Shown piece by piece: positions 11,501 through 26,700 of a DNA stretch of 64,000 nucleotides. Position 1 is the stretch's first letter; each line of letters opens with the position of its first letter. Under the pieces are notes generated by a model that did no database searches, was not told where the DNA came from, and worked only from the letters and a program-made list of their open reading frames with translations. The DNA lies in IMG/VR virus record IMGVR_UViG_3300025674_000014; one strand, written 5' to 3'. The stretch comes from a virus. Lineage: Duplodnaviria > Caudoviricetes. The position numbers and the translations under genes were made by a program.

Positions 11501-14500
11501 CTGTCTTAGTGTTTGTTGGTGTTGGTGTTTCAGTACGTGTTCTAGTACGTGTTCTTGTGGGAGATTGTGTTCTCGTTGGCGATTGTGAACGTGTTCTTGT
11601 AGGTGTCTGTGTTCTTGTTCTTGTAGACGTTCTTGACTGTGTAGACGTTTTCGTCTTTGTAACTGTATTAGTACGTGTGTTTGTAGGAGTTTGTGTTCTT
11701 GTCTGCGTTGCTGTCTGCGTTGCTGTCTTAGTGTTTGTAGGTGTTTGTGAACGCGTACGTGTTACCGTTTCTGTTGCTGTTCTGGTAGACGTTCTTGTTT
11801 GTGTGGCTGTTCTTGTTCTCGTTGGCGTTTCTGTGCGTGTACGAGTTGGTGTACTACTACGTGTTTTAGTATTTGTAGCGGTTTGTGTGGTTGTTCTAGT
11901 GCTTGTCTTAGTAGGTGTATGTGTTCTAGTAGGTGTTTGTGTACGTGTTCTTGTATTAGTTTCGGTTCTTGTCTGCGTATTTGTTCTTGTAGATGTAGGT
12001 GTTTGTGTATATGTAGGTGTTGATGTTCTTGTATTTGTAGCGGTCTGCGTGTAAGTTGATGTAGATGTTCTTGTGTTAGTAGCAGTTTGGGTATTTGTTT
12101 TTGTTTGTGTTGGTGTTCTCGTTGATGTTTGAGTTGATGTTTTAGTAGATGTTCTTGTTTGTGTGGCTGTACGTGTGTTAGATTTCGTTCTCGTTTGTGT
12201 GCGTGAACGTGTTTGCGTAGCAGTTTGTGTTGCCGTACTTGTAGGTGTTTGTGTTCTTGTACGTGTACTAGTAGCGGTATTTGTAGGGGTTTGTGTTCTT
12301 GTACTTGTACTGGTTTTGGTATTTGTTGGTGTTTGTGTTCGCGTACGTGTATTTGTTGGCGTTTGTGTACGTGTTTCAGTTGGTGTTTGTGTACGCGTAC
12401 GTGTATTTGTTGCTGTTTGAGTAGGGGTTTGTGTTCTTGTTTGCGTTGGTGTCGGATAACGTGAAACAGTTGCAGTAGATGTTTGTGTGTTCGTTCTCGT
12501 CTGTGTAGATGTTCTCGTCTGCGTAGACGTTCTTGTCTGCGTAGATGTTCTTGTATTGGTTGGTGTTCTTGTACGTGTACGAGTGTTAGTTGCTGTTGGC
12601 GTTTGTGTACGTGTACGTGTTTGTGTATTTGTACGTGTATTTGTCGGTGTTTGTGTTCGTGTACGTGTACTAGTATTTGTAGGTGTTTGTGTGCGTGTAC
12701 GTGTTTCTGTTGGTGTAGGCGTTTGTGTTCTCGTTCTTGTCTGAGTAGCAGTTCTTGTCTGTGTTGATGTACGTGTGTTAGTAGCGGTTTGCGTAGACGT
12801 TTGCGTAACCGTTCTCGTATTAGTAGCTGTTTGAGTAGCTGTTTGTGATGACGTTCTTGTTTGTGTTGGTGTACTTGTAGCTGTTCTAGAAGCTGTCTGG
12901 GTAGGTGTTCTAGTACGTGTAGCTGTCTGGGTTGGTGTTCTAGTTTGGGTTGGTGTGCGTGTACGTGTTACGTCAGGTGTATCTGTTTGACTTGGTGTTC
13001 TCGTAAACGTAGGTGTTCTTGTTTGTGTTCCGGTCTGCGTTGATGTTGGTGTTTGTGTACGTGTACGTGTTTGTGTATTTGTTGGTGTTTGGGTGCGTGT
13101 ACGGGTTTGTGTACGTGTACGTGTATGTGTTGGTGTTTGCGTTCTTGTCTGCGTCGGTGTTTGTGTACGTGTACGTGTGTTAGTAGATGTTTGTGTATTT
13201 GTTTTTGTTCTTGTTTGAGTAGCTGTTCTTGTCTGCGTAGATGTTCTCGTCTGTGTTGGTGTTTGTGTTCTCGTCTGAGTCGGTGTTTGTGTACGTGTAC
13301 GTGTTTGTGTGTTTGTTCTTGTCTGTGTAGGTGTTTGTGTGCGTGTTCTTGTCTGCGTACGTGTACGTGTATTAGTAGCTGTTTGTGTGTTTGTTCTTGT
13401 CTGCGTAGATGTTCTCGTCTGCGTAGATGTTCTTGTCTGTGTTGGTGTTGGATAACGAGAAACCGTGCTCGTAGCTGTTCTGGATTGGGTAGCTGTTCTA
13501 GTTTGAGTATTTGTTCTCGTCTGGGTATTTGTTCTTGTTTGTGTTGGTGTCTGAGTACTTGTTCTTGTCTGAGTAGCTGTTCTTGTCTGCGTACGTGTAC
13601 GTGTTTGTGTTCTTGTCTGAGTAGCTGTTCTCGTCTGAGTAGCTGTTCTCGTTTGAGTAGCTGTTCTAGTATTAGTTGGTGTTTGTGTACGTGTTTGTGT
13701 AGCTGTTTGTGTGTTTGTTCTCGTTTGTGTTGCTGTTCTCGTTGGTGTTTGGGTACGTGTACGTGTACGTGTACGTGTTTGAGTAGGTGTTTGTGTTCTC
13801 GTTCTAGTGTTAGTAGGAGTTTGTGTTCTTGTTCTAGTTGATGTATTAGTAGCTGTTCTTGTTTGTGTAGATGTTCTTGTATTGGTTGGTGTTTGCGTTC
13901 TTGTAGGTGTTTGTGTTTGGCTTGCTGTTCTCGTACTTGTTGGTGTTTGTGTACGTGTACGTGTATTTGTAGGTGTTTGAGTTCTTGTTCTTGTCGGTGT
14001 TTGCGTTCTTGTTCTAGTATTTGTTGGTGTTTGCGTACGTGTACGTGTACGTGTATTGGTAGCTGTTCTTGTTTGTGTAGATGTTCTTGTTTGTGTCGGT
14101 GTTTGTGTTCTTGTTTCGGTAGCAGTTTGGGTTGGTGTCCTTGTCTGCGTAGCTGTTTGAGTAGGTGTTTGTGTTCTTGTTCTCGTTGGTGTTAATCTAG
14201 GTAAGTCAAATCTATGACGTAATGCTGAGTAACTAGCTTCTATTTGATTTTCAGTTAATGCATCGTTGTATACTTTAACGATAGCAATTTCACCGTTCAT
14301 ATCTCTAACTGAACCATAACTTTTACCAACGCTTAACAATGTTTCTGATGTATTTCTGCTAGAAGGTATCGAAACGGTACCTTCAAGATCAGCATTGAAA
14401 TACATTTTCATATTAGAGCTATCAACAGTTATTGCAAATTGGAACCAACCGGTTGATGTGGTAAGAGCTGTTGGCATTGTAATGGTGTAAGAAGAGCCAC

Positions 14501-14702
14501 CAAGTATTAAATTAGCATATAACTTATTGCCTACAGGTAATCCTGAACGCTCTTTTTGCACTAATAACCAATTGCTTGAATCCCCCACATAAGTAAACAT
14601 TACTTGAGTTTCATTTGATGTAAAAGAACTATCATCAAAATAAACCCATGAAATAATTGTAAAACTATCATTTAAAACAGGTAACGTATTTAAATTAGAA
14701 AC
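8532..14702 (-). CDS. Distal, frameshifted part of the giant TxT/LamG protein: rest of a LamG domain, ~1400 aa TxT tract, Cys-rich C-terminal domain
   Basis: The frame is open upstream of the ORF-track Met 14600 ([27 protein letters not shown]) and matches the internal paralog [27 protein letters not shown] near 32.2 kb. Confidence 0.85.
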   Translation of the reverse strand, partial: VSNLNTLPVLNDSFTIISWVYFDDSSFTSNETQVMFTYVGDSSNWLLVQKERSGLPVGNKLYANLILGGSSYTITMPTALTTSTGWFQFAITVDSSNMKMYFNADLEGTVSIPSSRNTSETLLSVGKSYGSVRDMNGEIAIVKVYNDALTENQIEASYSALRHRFDLPRLTPTRTRTQTPTQTATQTRTPTQTATETRTQTPTQTRTSTQTRTATNTRTRTRTQTPTNTRTRTQTPTRTRTQTPTNTRTRTQTPTSTRTASQTQTPTRTQTPTNTRTSTQTRTATNTSTRTRTQTPTNTRTRTQTPTQTRTRTRTRTQTPTRTATQTRTNTQTATQTRTQTPTNTRTATQTRTATQTRTATQTRTQTRTRTQTRTATQTRTSTQTPTQTRTNTQTRTNTQTRTATQSRTATSTVSRYPTPTQTRTSTQTRTSTQTRTNTQTATNTRTRTQTRTRTQTPTQTRTNTQTRTRTQTPTQTRTQTPTQTRTSTQTRTATQTRTKTNTQTSTNTRTRTQTPTQTRTQTPTHTRTRTQTRTRTQTPTNTQTRTRTQTPTSTQTGTQTRTPTFTRTPSQTDTPDVTRTRTPTQTRTPTQTATRTRTPTQTASRTATSTPTQTRTSSQTATQTATNTRTVTQTSTQTATNTRTSTQTRTATQTRTRTQTPTPTETRTRTQTPTNTSTRTRTQTPTNTRTNTQTRTRTQTPTATNTRTRTRTPTNTRTSTQTRTSTQTRTSTQTRTNTQTSTATVSRYPTPTQTRTQTPTQTATNTRTRTQTPTETRTQTPTNTRTRTQTPTNTKTSTSTRTQTPTNTATSTRTRTQTPTSTATQTATQTRSRTQTRTKSNTRTATQTRTSTKTSTQTSTRTPTQTKTNTQTATNTRTSTSTYTQTATNTRTSTPTYTQTPTSTRTNTQTRTETNTRTRTQTPTRTHTPTKTSTRTTTQTATNTKTRSSTPTRTRTETPTRTRTATQTRTSTRTATETVTRTRSQTPTNTKTATQTATQTRTQTPTNTRTNTVTKTKTSTQSRTSTRTRTQTPTRTRSQSPTRTQSPTRTRTRTRTETPTPTNTKTATQTATNTSTKTRTQTPTQSATRTRTRSNTPTRTRTRSRTQTPTSTRTATQTSTRTRTRTPTQTRTKSNTQTATRTQTPTNTRTRSQTPTRTKSRTATKTRTQTPTATRTKSNTQTATNTRTATSTRTRTKTRTQTPTRTQTPTNTRTATQTRTKSQTATRTRTPTRTATPAVTRTRTPTVTRTKSITQTPTPSRTRTQTRTQTPTQTRTRTRTPTRSATRTRTQTPTRSQTPTRTASRTRTPTNTRTQTPTYTRTRTRTPTYTRTRTQTRTKTRTQTPTRTRTPTQTRTQTPTRTRTPTQSATRTRTRTRSRTQTPTRTRTPTQSPTRTRTRTRTCTPTRTRTPTRTKSITQSRTRTRTPTQTRTRTQTPTRTRTPTRTKSITQSRTRTRTPTYTRTRTCTPTRTQTPTRTKSITHSRTRTRTPTQTRTRTRTRTPTYTRTRTQTPTNTRTRTPTRTRTPTYTPTRTRTKTRTPTRTKSITESKTRTPTRTSTHTPTQTRTPTVTSTPPVPNECSSVTDLICSGATCPTITSYTCANYTSGSYACTNLMPETKCTGTQGFRCFNQAKAHPWWTSRTDNYGNTSNTYILPWGTPTSGYGYKVRCISTSCVFGWTWKICFPFGGFITYGCDPYFCSAGTFKATYNYPTINSNVSSYSTITCSVDYSTLTTGQCIKFCYSCEVYNPAMTFATTNMLADSSNCFTYSYYVNNCRASGTPLYWCWCAPKPSGYTQHDSWMPAIYTACSTCNLCALANLYDCGYSGRCIYAWQSNWWSNYHIDNMCDKYLCAGYDSTSLCWGCGCKYILANVGCENYSLAYCCRNTTCGFTCGGQYVHNICLPGSDGGWYAYYTMCCTNCIPMMANKACMVKCSVCSSNYCMSMIDCLYYKINVSYGNNTSSNYPVCYLFSFGNGIIWCSIGANMPNTFTNQVVTVCKQLDFNDSCLNLWGSTRQFVGIAFLNVNNAACIHNSACINCVRLHQEWFDYKVKCIN
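9978..14192 (-). repeat. Thr-x-Thr-x coding tract (~1400 aa), increasingly Arg-rich toward the C-terminus
   Basis: Thr at about every second residue; x is mostly Q/R/P/N/A/S; plus strand is almost pure G+T. Confidence 0.95.
10225..10487. repeat. 96-bp-period tandem repeat (32 aa unit containing TKSITQS)
   Basis: Exact 71-bp copies at 10321-10391 and 10417-10487; degenerate copy from 10225. Confidence 0.85.
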
Positions 14703-17700
14703 CGTTCTATATAATTAACCGCATCACCTGTAGAGGTTGGCCATACATAACTCTTAGGACTTGTTTGATTTAATTCTACATCACCTACTATTACACTATC
14801 AATGCTATTTGATGTAATATCACCTATTCCAGTAGCTGGATAAAACTCTCTAGATTGTGGTGTGAAATTACTTGTGTATCTAGCAGTACCAATTGTAAGT
14901 CTAAACTCATCTATATAACCAGTTAGTTTTGATGTACCGTCAGATTTTGATCCAATTATTAATTGACCACCTGGAGCCGTACCGGATATTGAAACGGTAG
15001 CTTCTTGTGTACCGTCAATGAATAATCTTGCAGTACTACTATCTCTTACAGCAGCTAAATGATACCAAGTGTTATTTGATAATGTTGAAGTTGAATATGT
15101 ATCAGCGCTTATTATACCACCAGAGAATAAAACTTTACCATTTGCTTCAACAGTTAATAATACCCCACCAGATCCACCACCTCTTGTATCAAAAATGTAC
15201 TGTCTACTACCTATAGAACTTACATAAACCCATGTTTCAAAAGTAAAGTCAGATGAACCTAAAGCTAACCCAGAAGAATAATTTAGGTAAGCTGTTCCAT
15301 CAAAATAAGCACTACTACCACCAAATTTAAATTGATCGGTACTAATTTCTGTATTTGTATTTGATGCTGTATTAGAAGCACTACTACTATCAGTGAACGT
15401 TGTAGAACCATCGGTTCCGTTCATATGTAATAGTAACTGAACGTCTGAATAATATGTATCCGAAAGATCTCCGGTTGTGGTTGTATTATCGGCATCGTAA
15501 TATGCTATCAAATCACTTTGAATTGCAGATGTCGCTGTTTGCGTTGGTGTCTGTGTAGCTGTTCTTGTTTGTGTAGGTGTCTGTGTACTTGTTCTTGTTT
15601 GTGTTGGTGTCTGTGATCTGGTTTGTGTAGATGTTCTAGTCTGGGTAGCTGTTGCTGTTTGGCTAGCTGTTCTAGTTTGTGTTCTTGTTCTGGTGTTAGT
15701 AGCAGTTTGTGTAGACGTTCTTGTCTGTGTACTTGTTCTTGTACTTGTAGGTGTTTGTGTTGTTGTTCTAGTAGATGTATTTGTAGGTGTTTGTGTTGGT
15801 GTTTCTGTTCTAGTTCTTGTTCTTGTAGGTGTAAAGGTAGGTGTTCTGGATTGCGTAGGTGTATTTGTTTGACTAGATGTTCTTGTTTGTGTTCTTGTTC
15901 TTGTACTGGTTACTGTTTGGGTGTTTGTTCTTGTTTCAGTTGGTGTTCTTGTATTGGTAGGCGACTGGGTTGGTGTTTGTGTTGATGTTGGTGTATTAGT
16001 AGGTGTTGAAGTATTTGTTCTTGTATTAGATGGTGTTCTTGTTTGTGTAGGTTGTGGTGATCTTGTTCTAGTAACTGTTTGGGTGTTTGTTCTAGTTACA
16101 GTTGATGTTTGTGTAGGGGTTTGTGTTCTAGTTCTAGTATTAGTAGGTGTAGGTGATAACTGTGGTAAGTTAAAACGTTTAAATGTGGTTTCGTAATTTA
16201 ACTGAACCTGGTATAACGTCAATGCTGTGTCATAAACTTTTAATGATGCATATTTACCATCCATAAACCCGCTCAAACCATTATAGCTTGCCATTCTAGG
16301 TCTTGGATTTCCGTTATTCAAGTTACTAACATCTCCTTGGAAGTCAATTAATGTTGAATGATCTTGATAACCATCAACATAAATTCTCATATCATTAAAC
16401 TTACCAGGGTAGAATGTTGTTGTAGGTCTTCTAAAGTTACCGGTGTAACGAGCAATACCTTTAGTTATTCTAACATCCTGTAAATAACCGTTCATGTATT
16501 GAGATCTATTTTGACTACCAATATAAAGATCTCTTGTACTGTTATATACTGAGCTTGTACCTACATCTGTATTACTAGTTGATATACCATCAACGTAAAC
16601 TCTTAATGAAGTACCATTTCTAACTAATGCAACATGGTGCCATGCATTATCGTTAACAGCAATTGTGCTTGTATTTGTATATGTCCAACCTGTACCAGTA
16701 GTACTAATTGCACCAACTGCATAACCACCATTACTATCAGATAACGCTCCTAAGTAGAATGCTGAATTAGAAGATGCTCCAAATGACGATTGACTTGCTA
16801 TAATCTGATAATTACCAGTAGAAGGCCCACCTGGTGATTTCATCCAAGCTTCAATAGTGAAATCTCCATCACCAAAATGCCAATCATCGCTATCACTATA
16901 TAATAAATAGTCACCGCTACCGTCGAAGTAACCACTACTTCCACCCCACTTATAATCGTTAGTAAGAATTTCAGTATTACCTGCAACATCTGATGGTGTT
17001 CTTGCAGCGCTACTACTATCGGTAAATGTAGTAGATTCATTCGCACCGTTCATATGCAATAACAACTTAACATTCGGGTAATATGAATCTGTAGGTACAT
17101 TAACATCACCACTTAAGGTTGTGTAAATATGATGCCATTTACCATCTGTTATATTAGTTGTACCTGTTGCACTTAAAGCACCTGCTGTTGCTTCAGGTAA
17201 TGTATAAACTTGCAATGTACCAGATAATGGATCAACATTCATCTGGAAATTATCAATTGTATCTCCGGTAGGTCCATCAAATTTGAAAATGTTCTGACTA
17301 ATACCATTACTCAATGATTTAGAATTAGATTGAACCCACATACCTACACTGAATGAACTTAATGAATTATATCCGCTTAATTCAGCATAATCACCATGCC
17401 CGGACATCGCAACATAATAAGATGATAAACTATCCGCAACATTGTAATTAATTGATGGTGAATATACATAACTTGGGAACATATCTTGAGGAGTATCAAA
17501 ATCTGCTGTATATCTTGCAACATCTCTTGTTACTCTCAACCCGTTCATCCATCCATCTAAACTTGCACCTTGACCAGTTTCACATGCAACGTATATATAA
17601 TTACCGTTAGTAACACTGTCACCCCAAGTAGTTTCAGCTATCTTAGTGCCATTAACAAATAATCTCATTACTCCAGATTCTCTAGAAACTGCTAAATGAT

Positions 17701-20700
17701 ACCACTTATCAATTTCCATTCCGTGAGTACCGTTAATTCTTTGAGTATCGGTATAATGTACAATTAATTTTGTCTGACCTATTAAGAAACCAAAACCATT
17801 TCCAGATCCAGGATCGCCACTAGTGATAATCATTTGATGATTTTGCCAATTAGTTGGCCAAGAATCACTTGTAGGCATACTTCTTAATTTAACCCAGGAC
17901 TCAATAGTAAAGTCGTTGGTATAAAATCTCATATCATAACCAGCATATGCTGGTTTCATAATACCATCAACGTTACCGGAGCGATTAAATTCACCACTAC
18001 TACTACCAAATTTGTATTCAGATGTAGTAATAAATGCATCTCCTAAAGTAATAAATTCAGCATTAGCGCTACTACTATCAACAAATGTTGTTTGACCGCT
18101 TAATCCTTGGAAGTTCAATACAATGGCATTATAATCTGAATATTCGTCTCTATTTGCTATAGTAAGATCATTATTATTTGAGCTAATGTCCTGCCATAGA
18201 TAAGGTGATTGACCTGTTGATGTATTCGTTGGTGTGGGAGTTACTAAAGGAGCTAATGTTTTATTAAACTTAGATAATAAGTAGTTATTCATTCTAGCTA
18301 CTTCATAATCTGTTAATGCGGTACCATGAACTGCTACTGCGCCAACTTTACCATAAAATCTATTACCTTCACCTTGATCGGAGAATATATTAAAATTATG
18401 TCCAGGGTAAAATCTATAACCGTATGGATCGGTTATATCTATGTTAAATGCTTGAACACCGTTGATAAAACCAGACATTTTATCTTTTGTTCTTCTGTAA
18501 GTAATAACATCAAATCTACCTTCACTTACAGGTAACTTAGAGAATCCCCAACTACCACTTAATGGATATACATTATCACCATGTCCGATACCAATGTTAT
18601 AATATCTATGATATGCATCATAACTACCGTTACCCATGTTCATAGATATACCCATATCAGGGTAATTGGTATCAAACAAGTACATTTCCCTAGTTTCTTC
18701 ATTAGGCTGCATTGCTAATGTAATGGTCCAATCAGATGCAGTAAGAGGTTGGAATGTATTGTTATACCCGTAACCATTTTGCCATTCTAAATGTCTTGGA
18801 TTAATATAATTATCATCAACTAATCTATAACCGGCCATTATAGTTTCGTAATGATTATCAGATAAATCATACCAACGATTACCACCACTTGCAGGATAAC
18901 TAAATGTATTTGTTGAATCTAAGAATAAGCATAAGTTTCTTGTTGAAACACATGCACCTTGAGTTACTGTAGGTGTGTTTGTAGGCGTTACAGGTGGTGT
19001 ACATACTGATAATGTATATCTACTTGATAATGCTGCGTAATCAGCGCAAACTTGTTCGTGAGATAAACCACATGTTTGATACCATCTAAATGTTGCAATA
19101 CTACCCTTCCAACGATAATCGTTCCTTTCTTGACGATAACCACCTAACATAGGCAATAAATTACAAGAAGATAATGAAAGTATATTAGAAGTATTTTCTG
19201 CTGATAATCCAGGCACACCATTTAAATAAGCATAACTTACATTATTCTTTCTTACAAATGCTACATGACTCCATTCACATAATGTTAAAGCACTTAATGG
19301 GTAAGTCCAAACATCACCACCTGTTGAATATAAACCATTAGTGTAAAATCTAGCTCTACACTGATCATCAACTAACCACCAAAGTTGGTAATCATGGCCA
19401 TAAGTACCTATTCTTTTCGTATTACCTAAAATTGTAGAATTAACCCTAGTAGGGCAAATCCAAGCTGTTGCTGAAAAGTCGCCGGATAAAGTTTCAAAAG
19501 CATTAGGGTTGTTAAAATAAACTGCTCCAGAACAACTGCAACGTTCATCCCAACATAAGGTACCACCACCATCATATTCGCAATTGCTATACCAAGGGTA
19601 GTTGCTTATTGGGTAACATGTACCGTATGGGCAACAAAATTTATGACAACATTTCTGTGAATAAAGTGTCAAGTCATTACAAAATAACGTACCATCGTTA
19701 CCATGATTAGTTAAGTCAACAATATTACTTTCGGTACACCCGTAAGCTGATCTTGTATAATTAGGATATGATTGTTGATTATAAAAATCGTAACTAATTG
19801 TTAAACAATCCGGTGCTGCTACATATTGTGTAGCAGTAGGTGTAGGGGTAACACCAATAGTTGGTGAACTACTTCTTGTTGGAGTATAACTTCTAGTTCT
19901 AGTTACGGTAGATGTTTGTGTTGGTGTTTGTGTATTAGTAGGAGCAGGTGTAGCTTGATACCTAGCAGACAAACCTTTGAAGTCAGAAATTACTTCATCT
20001 CTTGTCATACCAAACCCACAATAAACTCTATATTGAGCTAAATTACAAAAAGCTCCAAGTGTGTATGGACGACCGTAATCATAGATATTGTAACAATTAT
20101 TTACAGGGCAGCAAAATAGATCACCTGCATTTGAATAAATTGCAATTTCATTAGCTCTTCTAGAAACATTAACATAATGGAATGAACTTAATGTAAGCTG
20201 TTGTGTACATAAAGTAGGTAATCCCTGACCACTAACTATATATCTACAATCGCTACCTCTCCAATATATATCAAACGGGTTGTTATTCCATGAATACCTA
20301 TCTACTACGCTTTGATCACCGCTTGTTGAAACGGGTCTTGCCCAGAATGCTACGGTAAAATCTTCGCAGAAGAATGTTAAATCTGTATTTTCAGGTAAAC
20401 ACATACCACTTCTGAATGAAAGTGTACCCTGATATGGGTCTGCACAATAACAAGAATTGTATACAGTAAGTCTACCATGATTATTTCTTGGTGATAAATC
20501 TTCAACATAAACATATTGACCATTCTCACCATCTCTTTCAGGTAATGTGCAATATGGGTAAGATTGTCCTTGATAAAAATCTAAGTGTAATACTAATTTA
20601 TCACTCTTTAAAAAGCAACCTGCAGGCGTAGTGGTAGGTGATAACCCTATAGTATTTGTTCTTGTTGGTGTGTTAGATGATGTTGGTGTAGGGGTTACTA

Positions 20701-23700
20701 ATGGAATTGGTGTGTAATCATACTTACATGCATCATGATTGTAATCTTGAGCTATTTCAACATCAGATAATACTCTATTATATAATTTAGCTGAATAAAA
20801 TTCACTAGCTGCACAACCATTACAAAACATTGTTAACCAACCGTTAGTACATCTTGGTGTCATGTAGTACAATTTTCTTTGATAACCGTCTTTACAGCAA
20901 CCATTAACGTATATTCTAAAACACCCGCATGTGTTATCATAAGATGCTGCTACTGTGGTAATATTAGTAGACGATAATAAAGGCTGGCAACCCCAAGTAT
21001 AACCAATATCACTTCCACATCTATCATATATATAAAAATCTAATGTACAATCGGTACGTCTGTAAAGATTGAATACATTTTCTAAACACATTAAACTACC
21101 TTCAGTTATACAATAAGGCTTAAATGTGGTGATAATTGTAAACCCAGGTGAATTATCAACCCTATAAATTGCGGTATCAGCATCACACCAACTAGAGCAA
21201 CACTTGTTTACGTTGCACATATAAATACCACCACCACAACACATTGAAATACTACGTCTTTTATCGCAGTATGTACTGAAAGAGTTATACAAATCATTGT
21301 TAAAACAGCCAATACATCCGTTTACTAAGTTATAAACATCACGGTTACATTCAGTGCTACCTGCAGATAACTCAGGAAAACTATTTGGATTGCTAACATC
21401 TATATGCATTATCAATCCGCATTTATTTACACCTGTTTGGGTTCTTGTTGGTGTGTATGTCGGTGTATTACTGCTAGTACGAGTTTGTGTCTTAGTTACT
21501 GTAACATTACAAGTTGCGGTAGCTGAATGTGTATTAGTGTATGTAGCAGTTCTAGCTGGTGTGTTAGTTTGAGTTACTGTTGGTGTATTTGTTTGTGTGC
21601 AAGTAGGTGTGGTTGTAAACGTTGCTGTTTTGGTGTTTGTTAATGTTTTAGTTGGTGTGGTGGAACGTGTTTTAGTTGGTGTATTTGTAGGTGTTTGTGT
21701 AGGTGTTTGTGTTCTTGTTCTTGTATTGGTTCTTGTTTGTGAAGGTGTTCTTGTTTGTGATTTAGTTCTTGTTCTTGTTTGTGTTACTGAATATGTAGGG
21801 GTTGTGGTAGGTGTTTGTGTAGGTGTTTGGGTTAATGTTGAAGTATTTGTTAATGTAGGTGTAGGTGATGAACCTTGAGTTGGTGAAACTGAAACTGTTT
21901 TAGTTGGTGTTGTTATTGGGTAATTTCCAGGGTATGGATAATAACCTAAGGTACATGTCCAATATGGAGGTTCTTCACCCCAACCGAAAATAGTCATGCA
22001 TTTTTCTGTCGTGGTATACAACCTTGTTTCTGCCATATAAGTTGTATTGTTACTGGCGTTTCTATTATTGAAACAAGCACATTTTATACCTCTAGGACCA
22101 CTACCAACATTTCTTTCACCTAAATAACATCCATTCATCCAGAATCTATAATAAGCTGATCCTGAAGAGTCTAAACATTGCGAAACCATATAATGGTTCC
22201 AATCACATACACTAAAGTTACAGAAACAACTATCTACATCAAAACCAACTGCATATACGTTACAACAATGAACGTAAAAACAATTGTTGCTATTCATGTA
22301 AATTTCACTGTTACCGCATCTATTACTACATAATAATGAAAACCCGCATTGAGTAGTAGCTTTCCAATAACCTTGTAATGTCCACCCCCAATCGCACCCA
22401 TCTAACATTATACCACAATTAATAAGTGATCCAGATGTAGGGTGAACTGTTGTGGTCATACAAATGTAAGTACAATTGCAATCAAATTTAACCGACCCGG
22501 TACCATATCTATACTCATCTGTCGTAAATTTACCGCATGTTATACCAACATTACCGTAATTACAAGCACCGTAATCACATATAAACCCATCACCATTATT
22601 ACCATCCATTCTGAATGTATAAATGTTGTTATTGTAATAAGGGTCGCCTATAGCATTTTCAGTGTTTGTAACGGTAGGTGTTCTTGTTCTTGTACTTGTA
22701 TTAGTTGGTGTACAAGTTCTTGTTTTAGTACATGTAGATGTTTTAGTTCTAGTACATGTATACGTAGGCGTTTTACTAGTTGTTGGTGAAGGCGATCTAG
22801 TAGGTGACGATGTTTGGGTTGGTGTTGGGGTTGTATAATGACCTTCAGGACCACTTATAGTGTAACTTAAAATAACAACACCGGATGAACCAGGTAACCC
22901 GTTAGGAAATTTATCTCCTCCATAGTTATAACTATAAACACCTGCACCACCATTACCGGTGTTAGGTATTGGGTCACTATTACAACCATTACCACCTGTT
23001 CTTGCAGCATAATTACCAGCAGGAGCACCACCAGTTGCGTAAGTAGCAGATAACCCGGTAATATCACTTGTACAACCATAGCCGTTTTCATCTAAAGCAC
23101 CACCACCATAAGTTGGCGGGCACCATGAATATGGTCTATATCCACCGCAATTACCTTGACCAGGGCAACAACCGCCTCTATTTGACCAGTTAGTACCGCC
23201 GCCACCGGAACCACCGGAGCAGGAAACACCATAACAACAATCAGCTCCCCTACCACCACCAAATGCTGTTAAATGTAAAAATATACTATCTTCACCGTTA
23301 CAGAAATATCTACCTTGACCAACCTGAACGGTATGTGTACCAATTGATGAAGGAGCTAAGTACATAGAACCTTCTAAATAACCACCGGCACCGCCACCAG
23401 CTGCTTGAGTACCATTGTTACGTACAACGCCACCAGAACCACCTGCACCTACTACCAGATAACATAATAAACAATTATCACCGTGATATTTGATACACAT
23501 TGTATCGGTTTCATTGAAAACGTGTATACATTTATTACCCCATTGGTAACTACAAGTACCACCTGAAATAGCTATACTATTATAAGTTGGTGTTGGAGTT
23601 GAACAAACACTTGACGTTTGAGTAACGGTTCGTGTTTGGGTAGCAGTCATTGTATTTGTTGGTGTAGCAGTTTGTGTAGCTGTAATTGTATTACATCTTG

Positions 23701-26700
23701 TTTTAGTTTTGGTAGGTGTTACAGCTCTTTCAGGTAAGTCGTACATATACCTGTATTTTTCGGTATCGTAATTTTCTTTAACTTGAGCTTGGTTTAATGC
23801 ACAATTATAGTATTTGTATGAACCTAAACCACCGCACATACGACAATTACCATCAGGAGCAGTACCAATAGTAAAGTAATTATCAGCTGAATTACTCCAA
23901 TAACAGGTCATACAAGTACCTTCGGAGTTAATCATATCAACTAATTCACCATTAACAAACAAACATGTATGATCTTTACTATAAACACCTACAACATGAG
24001 CCCATTGCCTATTATGACCTTGCCCATTGAACAAATCGTTAGTTCTGGTTGCACCTGCACAAGCGCAATAATATCCACCGTTACTTCTTCTAGTACCGAA
24101 AACAATACCTCTACCGTCGTAACTTCTAGGATAACCGTTCCATTCTGATACAAATAACCAAAAACCATAATCAGCAGCACCATTACGACCGTAAGCTGCA
24201 ATTGTTCTAGCGTAATACCTATTATCGATACATACCCAAGCTTCAACCGAACCCTCATCAGGGTTAATAGTGTCAGCCCAATAATTAGGGGTGCTATATA
24301 ATCTATTATCACCATTCCAATAAGTGTATTGCATACCGGTACCGGTTGATGTTAACGTCGGGTAATTTGTATAGCAAACATATATATCAGTATCACCTTG
24401 TAAATTATAGAAAAAGCAACCACCTGATGCAGGGTAACTCAACGTATTATTAGGCTCAAAATATAAACATAAATTTGATGAATACCCAACTGATGTTGGT
24501 GTGTAGTTAATAGTATTTGTTTTTGTAGGTGTGGGTGTATGCACGTAATTAGTACAAACATCACTTGCATCTTGATTAGCAACTAAGTTACTTGTAACTA
24601 TTCCACTTGTTTGTGTTTGTGTTCTTGTTGGTGTGCTACTATAAACTGGTGTGGGTGTTGGTGTGTTTGTACTAGTTTGGGTAGCTGTTCTTGTATTTGT
24701 TCTAGTACGTGTACCTGTAGGTGTTTGAGTTATTGTCTCAGTTATTGATTTTGTTATTGTCGGTGACTGAGTTATTGATTGGGTTTGTGTTGGTGTAAAT
24801 GTATAGGTAGGTGTTTGTGTATTTGTAGGGGTAGATGTTTGAGTTTGAGATCTTGTTTGTGTAGGTGTTTTTGTTTGTGTTTTTGTTATTGTTCTAGTTG
24901 TGGTATTAGTTTTAGTAACTGTACCTGTTTGAGTTGGTGTTTGGGTTTGGGTAGGTGTTTGAGATCTAGTAGGTGTAGGTGTAGTATTAGGATTATCAGG
25001 GAATGGGTACTTAATAACTACAATACCATTACCACCGCGTGATCTAGGACCACCACCACCACCGGTACCATCAACACCTGCAGAGTTACTACCGCATCTA
25101 CGACCACCGGAGCCACCACCGCCGCAGCCACCAACACCACGGCAGCCACCACCACCACCACCGACCCAACATAGGGTACCAAACATTTCGAAACATACAC
25201 CGACACCACCATCACCGCAACAACCAGTAGTGCCGTCACAAGATAACTGACCTGGTCCACCGGCACCACCACCGCCACCACCACTAGATGAAGCACAAAC
25301 TGCTCCACCATCATGACCTTGACCTGGTATACCAGCACCACCACAACCGCGATAACCACCGTTATCAACACTTGTACCACCTGCTCCGGAACCACCGGAT
25401 TGACCGTTAAAACGACCACCGTTCCATGGAAGACCGGAATAACCACCTTGACCACCACCGCAAGCACTAATGGTACCGAACATTGAGTTATAACCTCTAG
25501 TATAACCTTGATTCCAACTTGGGTTACCAAATGATGCAGCACCTACACTTACTTTAAAATTACCTGTTGTAGCTTGGAAAGCGCTCAATACAACACCACC
25601 GGCACCACCACCGCCAAGACCGTAGTTATACTCACCACCAGCACCACCACCACCACCGGCAACGACCATGGCTTCAATAGTGTTATAAACTTCACTACTA
25701 GCGGTATTGTTTACATAAAAATCATAATCATATACACATCTATAATCTGTACAAAATATATGGTAACGAAAACCTTCACATTGAATTTCACAACCACCAA
25801 ACGCTCTTATATAATAAGAACCAGGTGAAGGTGTTACCGTTTGGGTAGCTGTTTGAGTTCCTGTTCTGGTTTGTGTTGGTGTCTGAGTAGCTGTTCTTGT
25901 TTGTGTAGGGGTATGGGTACCTGTTATAGTTTGTGTTGGTGTCTGGGTAGCTGTTCTAGTTTGGGTTGGGGTTCTTGATCTAGTTGGTGTTTGTGTTCTC
26001 GTTCTAGTTTGGGTGCGTGTTCTAGTTTGGGTGGCTGTTCTAGTTTGAGTAGCTGTTCTAGTTTGTGTAGATGTACGTGTTTGGGTTGGTGTTTGTGTTC
26101 TAGTTTGGGTAGGTGTTTGCGTTGGTGTTAATTGTGGTAAATTAAAACGTTGGAATGTTGCTTCATAATCATCTTGTACATCATCAGCAGACATTTCCCT
26201 GTTATACATTTTAAACTGAGATATATCTCCGTTTAATCTACCTTTAGTATAACTATAACCACCAATTCTAGGTCTAATGTTACCGTTATTTAAATCAGTA
26301 GGCGTTATATAATTATTATAAGATACTTCTGGATAACCATCTACATATAATGTAGATACCGTACCCGTACCAGGATAAAACTGATTATTTGGTGGTGTAA
26401 AACTACTTGTATAACGAGCAACTCCTTTAGTTACTCTAACATCTTGCATGTAACCATTTAAAGGTTCAGTTGAATATCCTGCAATATCACCAATTTCAGA
26501 ATATGTCTGGGTATAGTTTCTTGTATCTGTTGCAGTATCAACTAAAGTACCGTTAACAAACATTCTTAAACTACCGCTTTCTCTTGTAAAAGCATAATGG
26601 TACCATTGACCTGAAGTTACACCATTCCATTCTACTATTCTTGCTCCTTGTGCATACCAACCAGTATCGCCATTAGCTCCTGTCCAAGTATTAAACCCAT

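Noticed and set aside
14690-14715. Canonical programmed -1 frameshift signal
   Set aside because: No XXXYYYZ heptamer in the correct frame and no obvious downstream stem; a missing base fits the paralog alignment better
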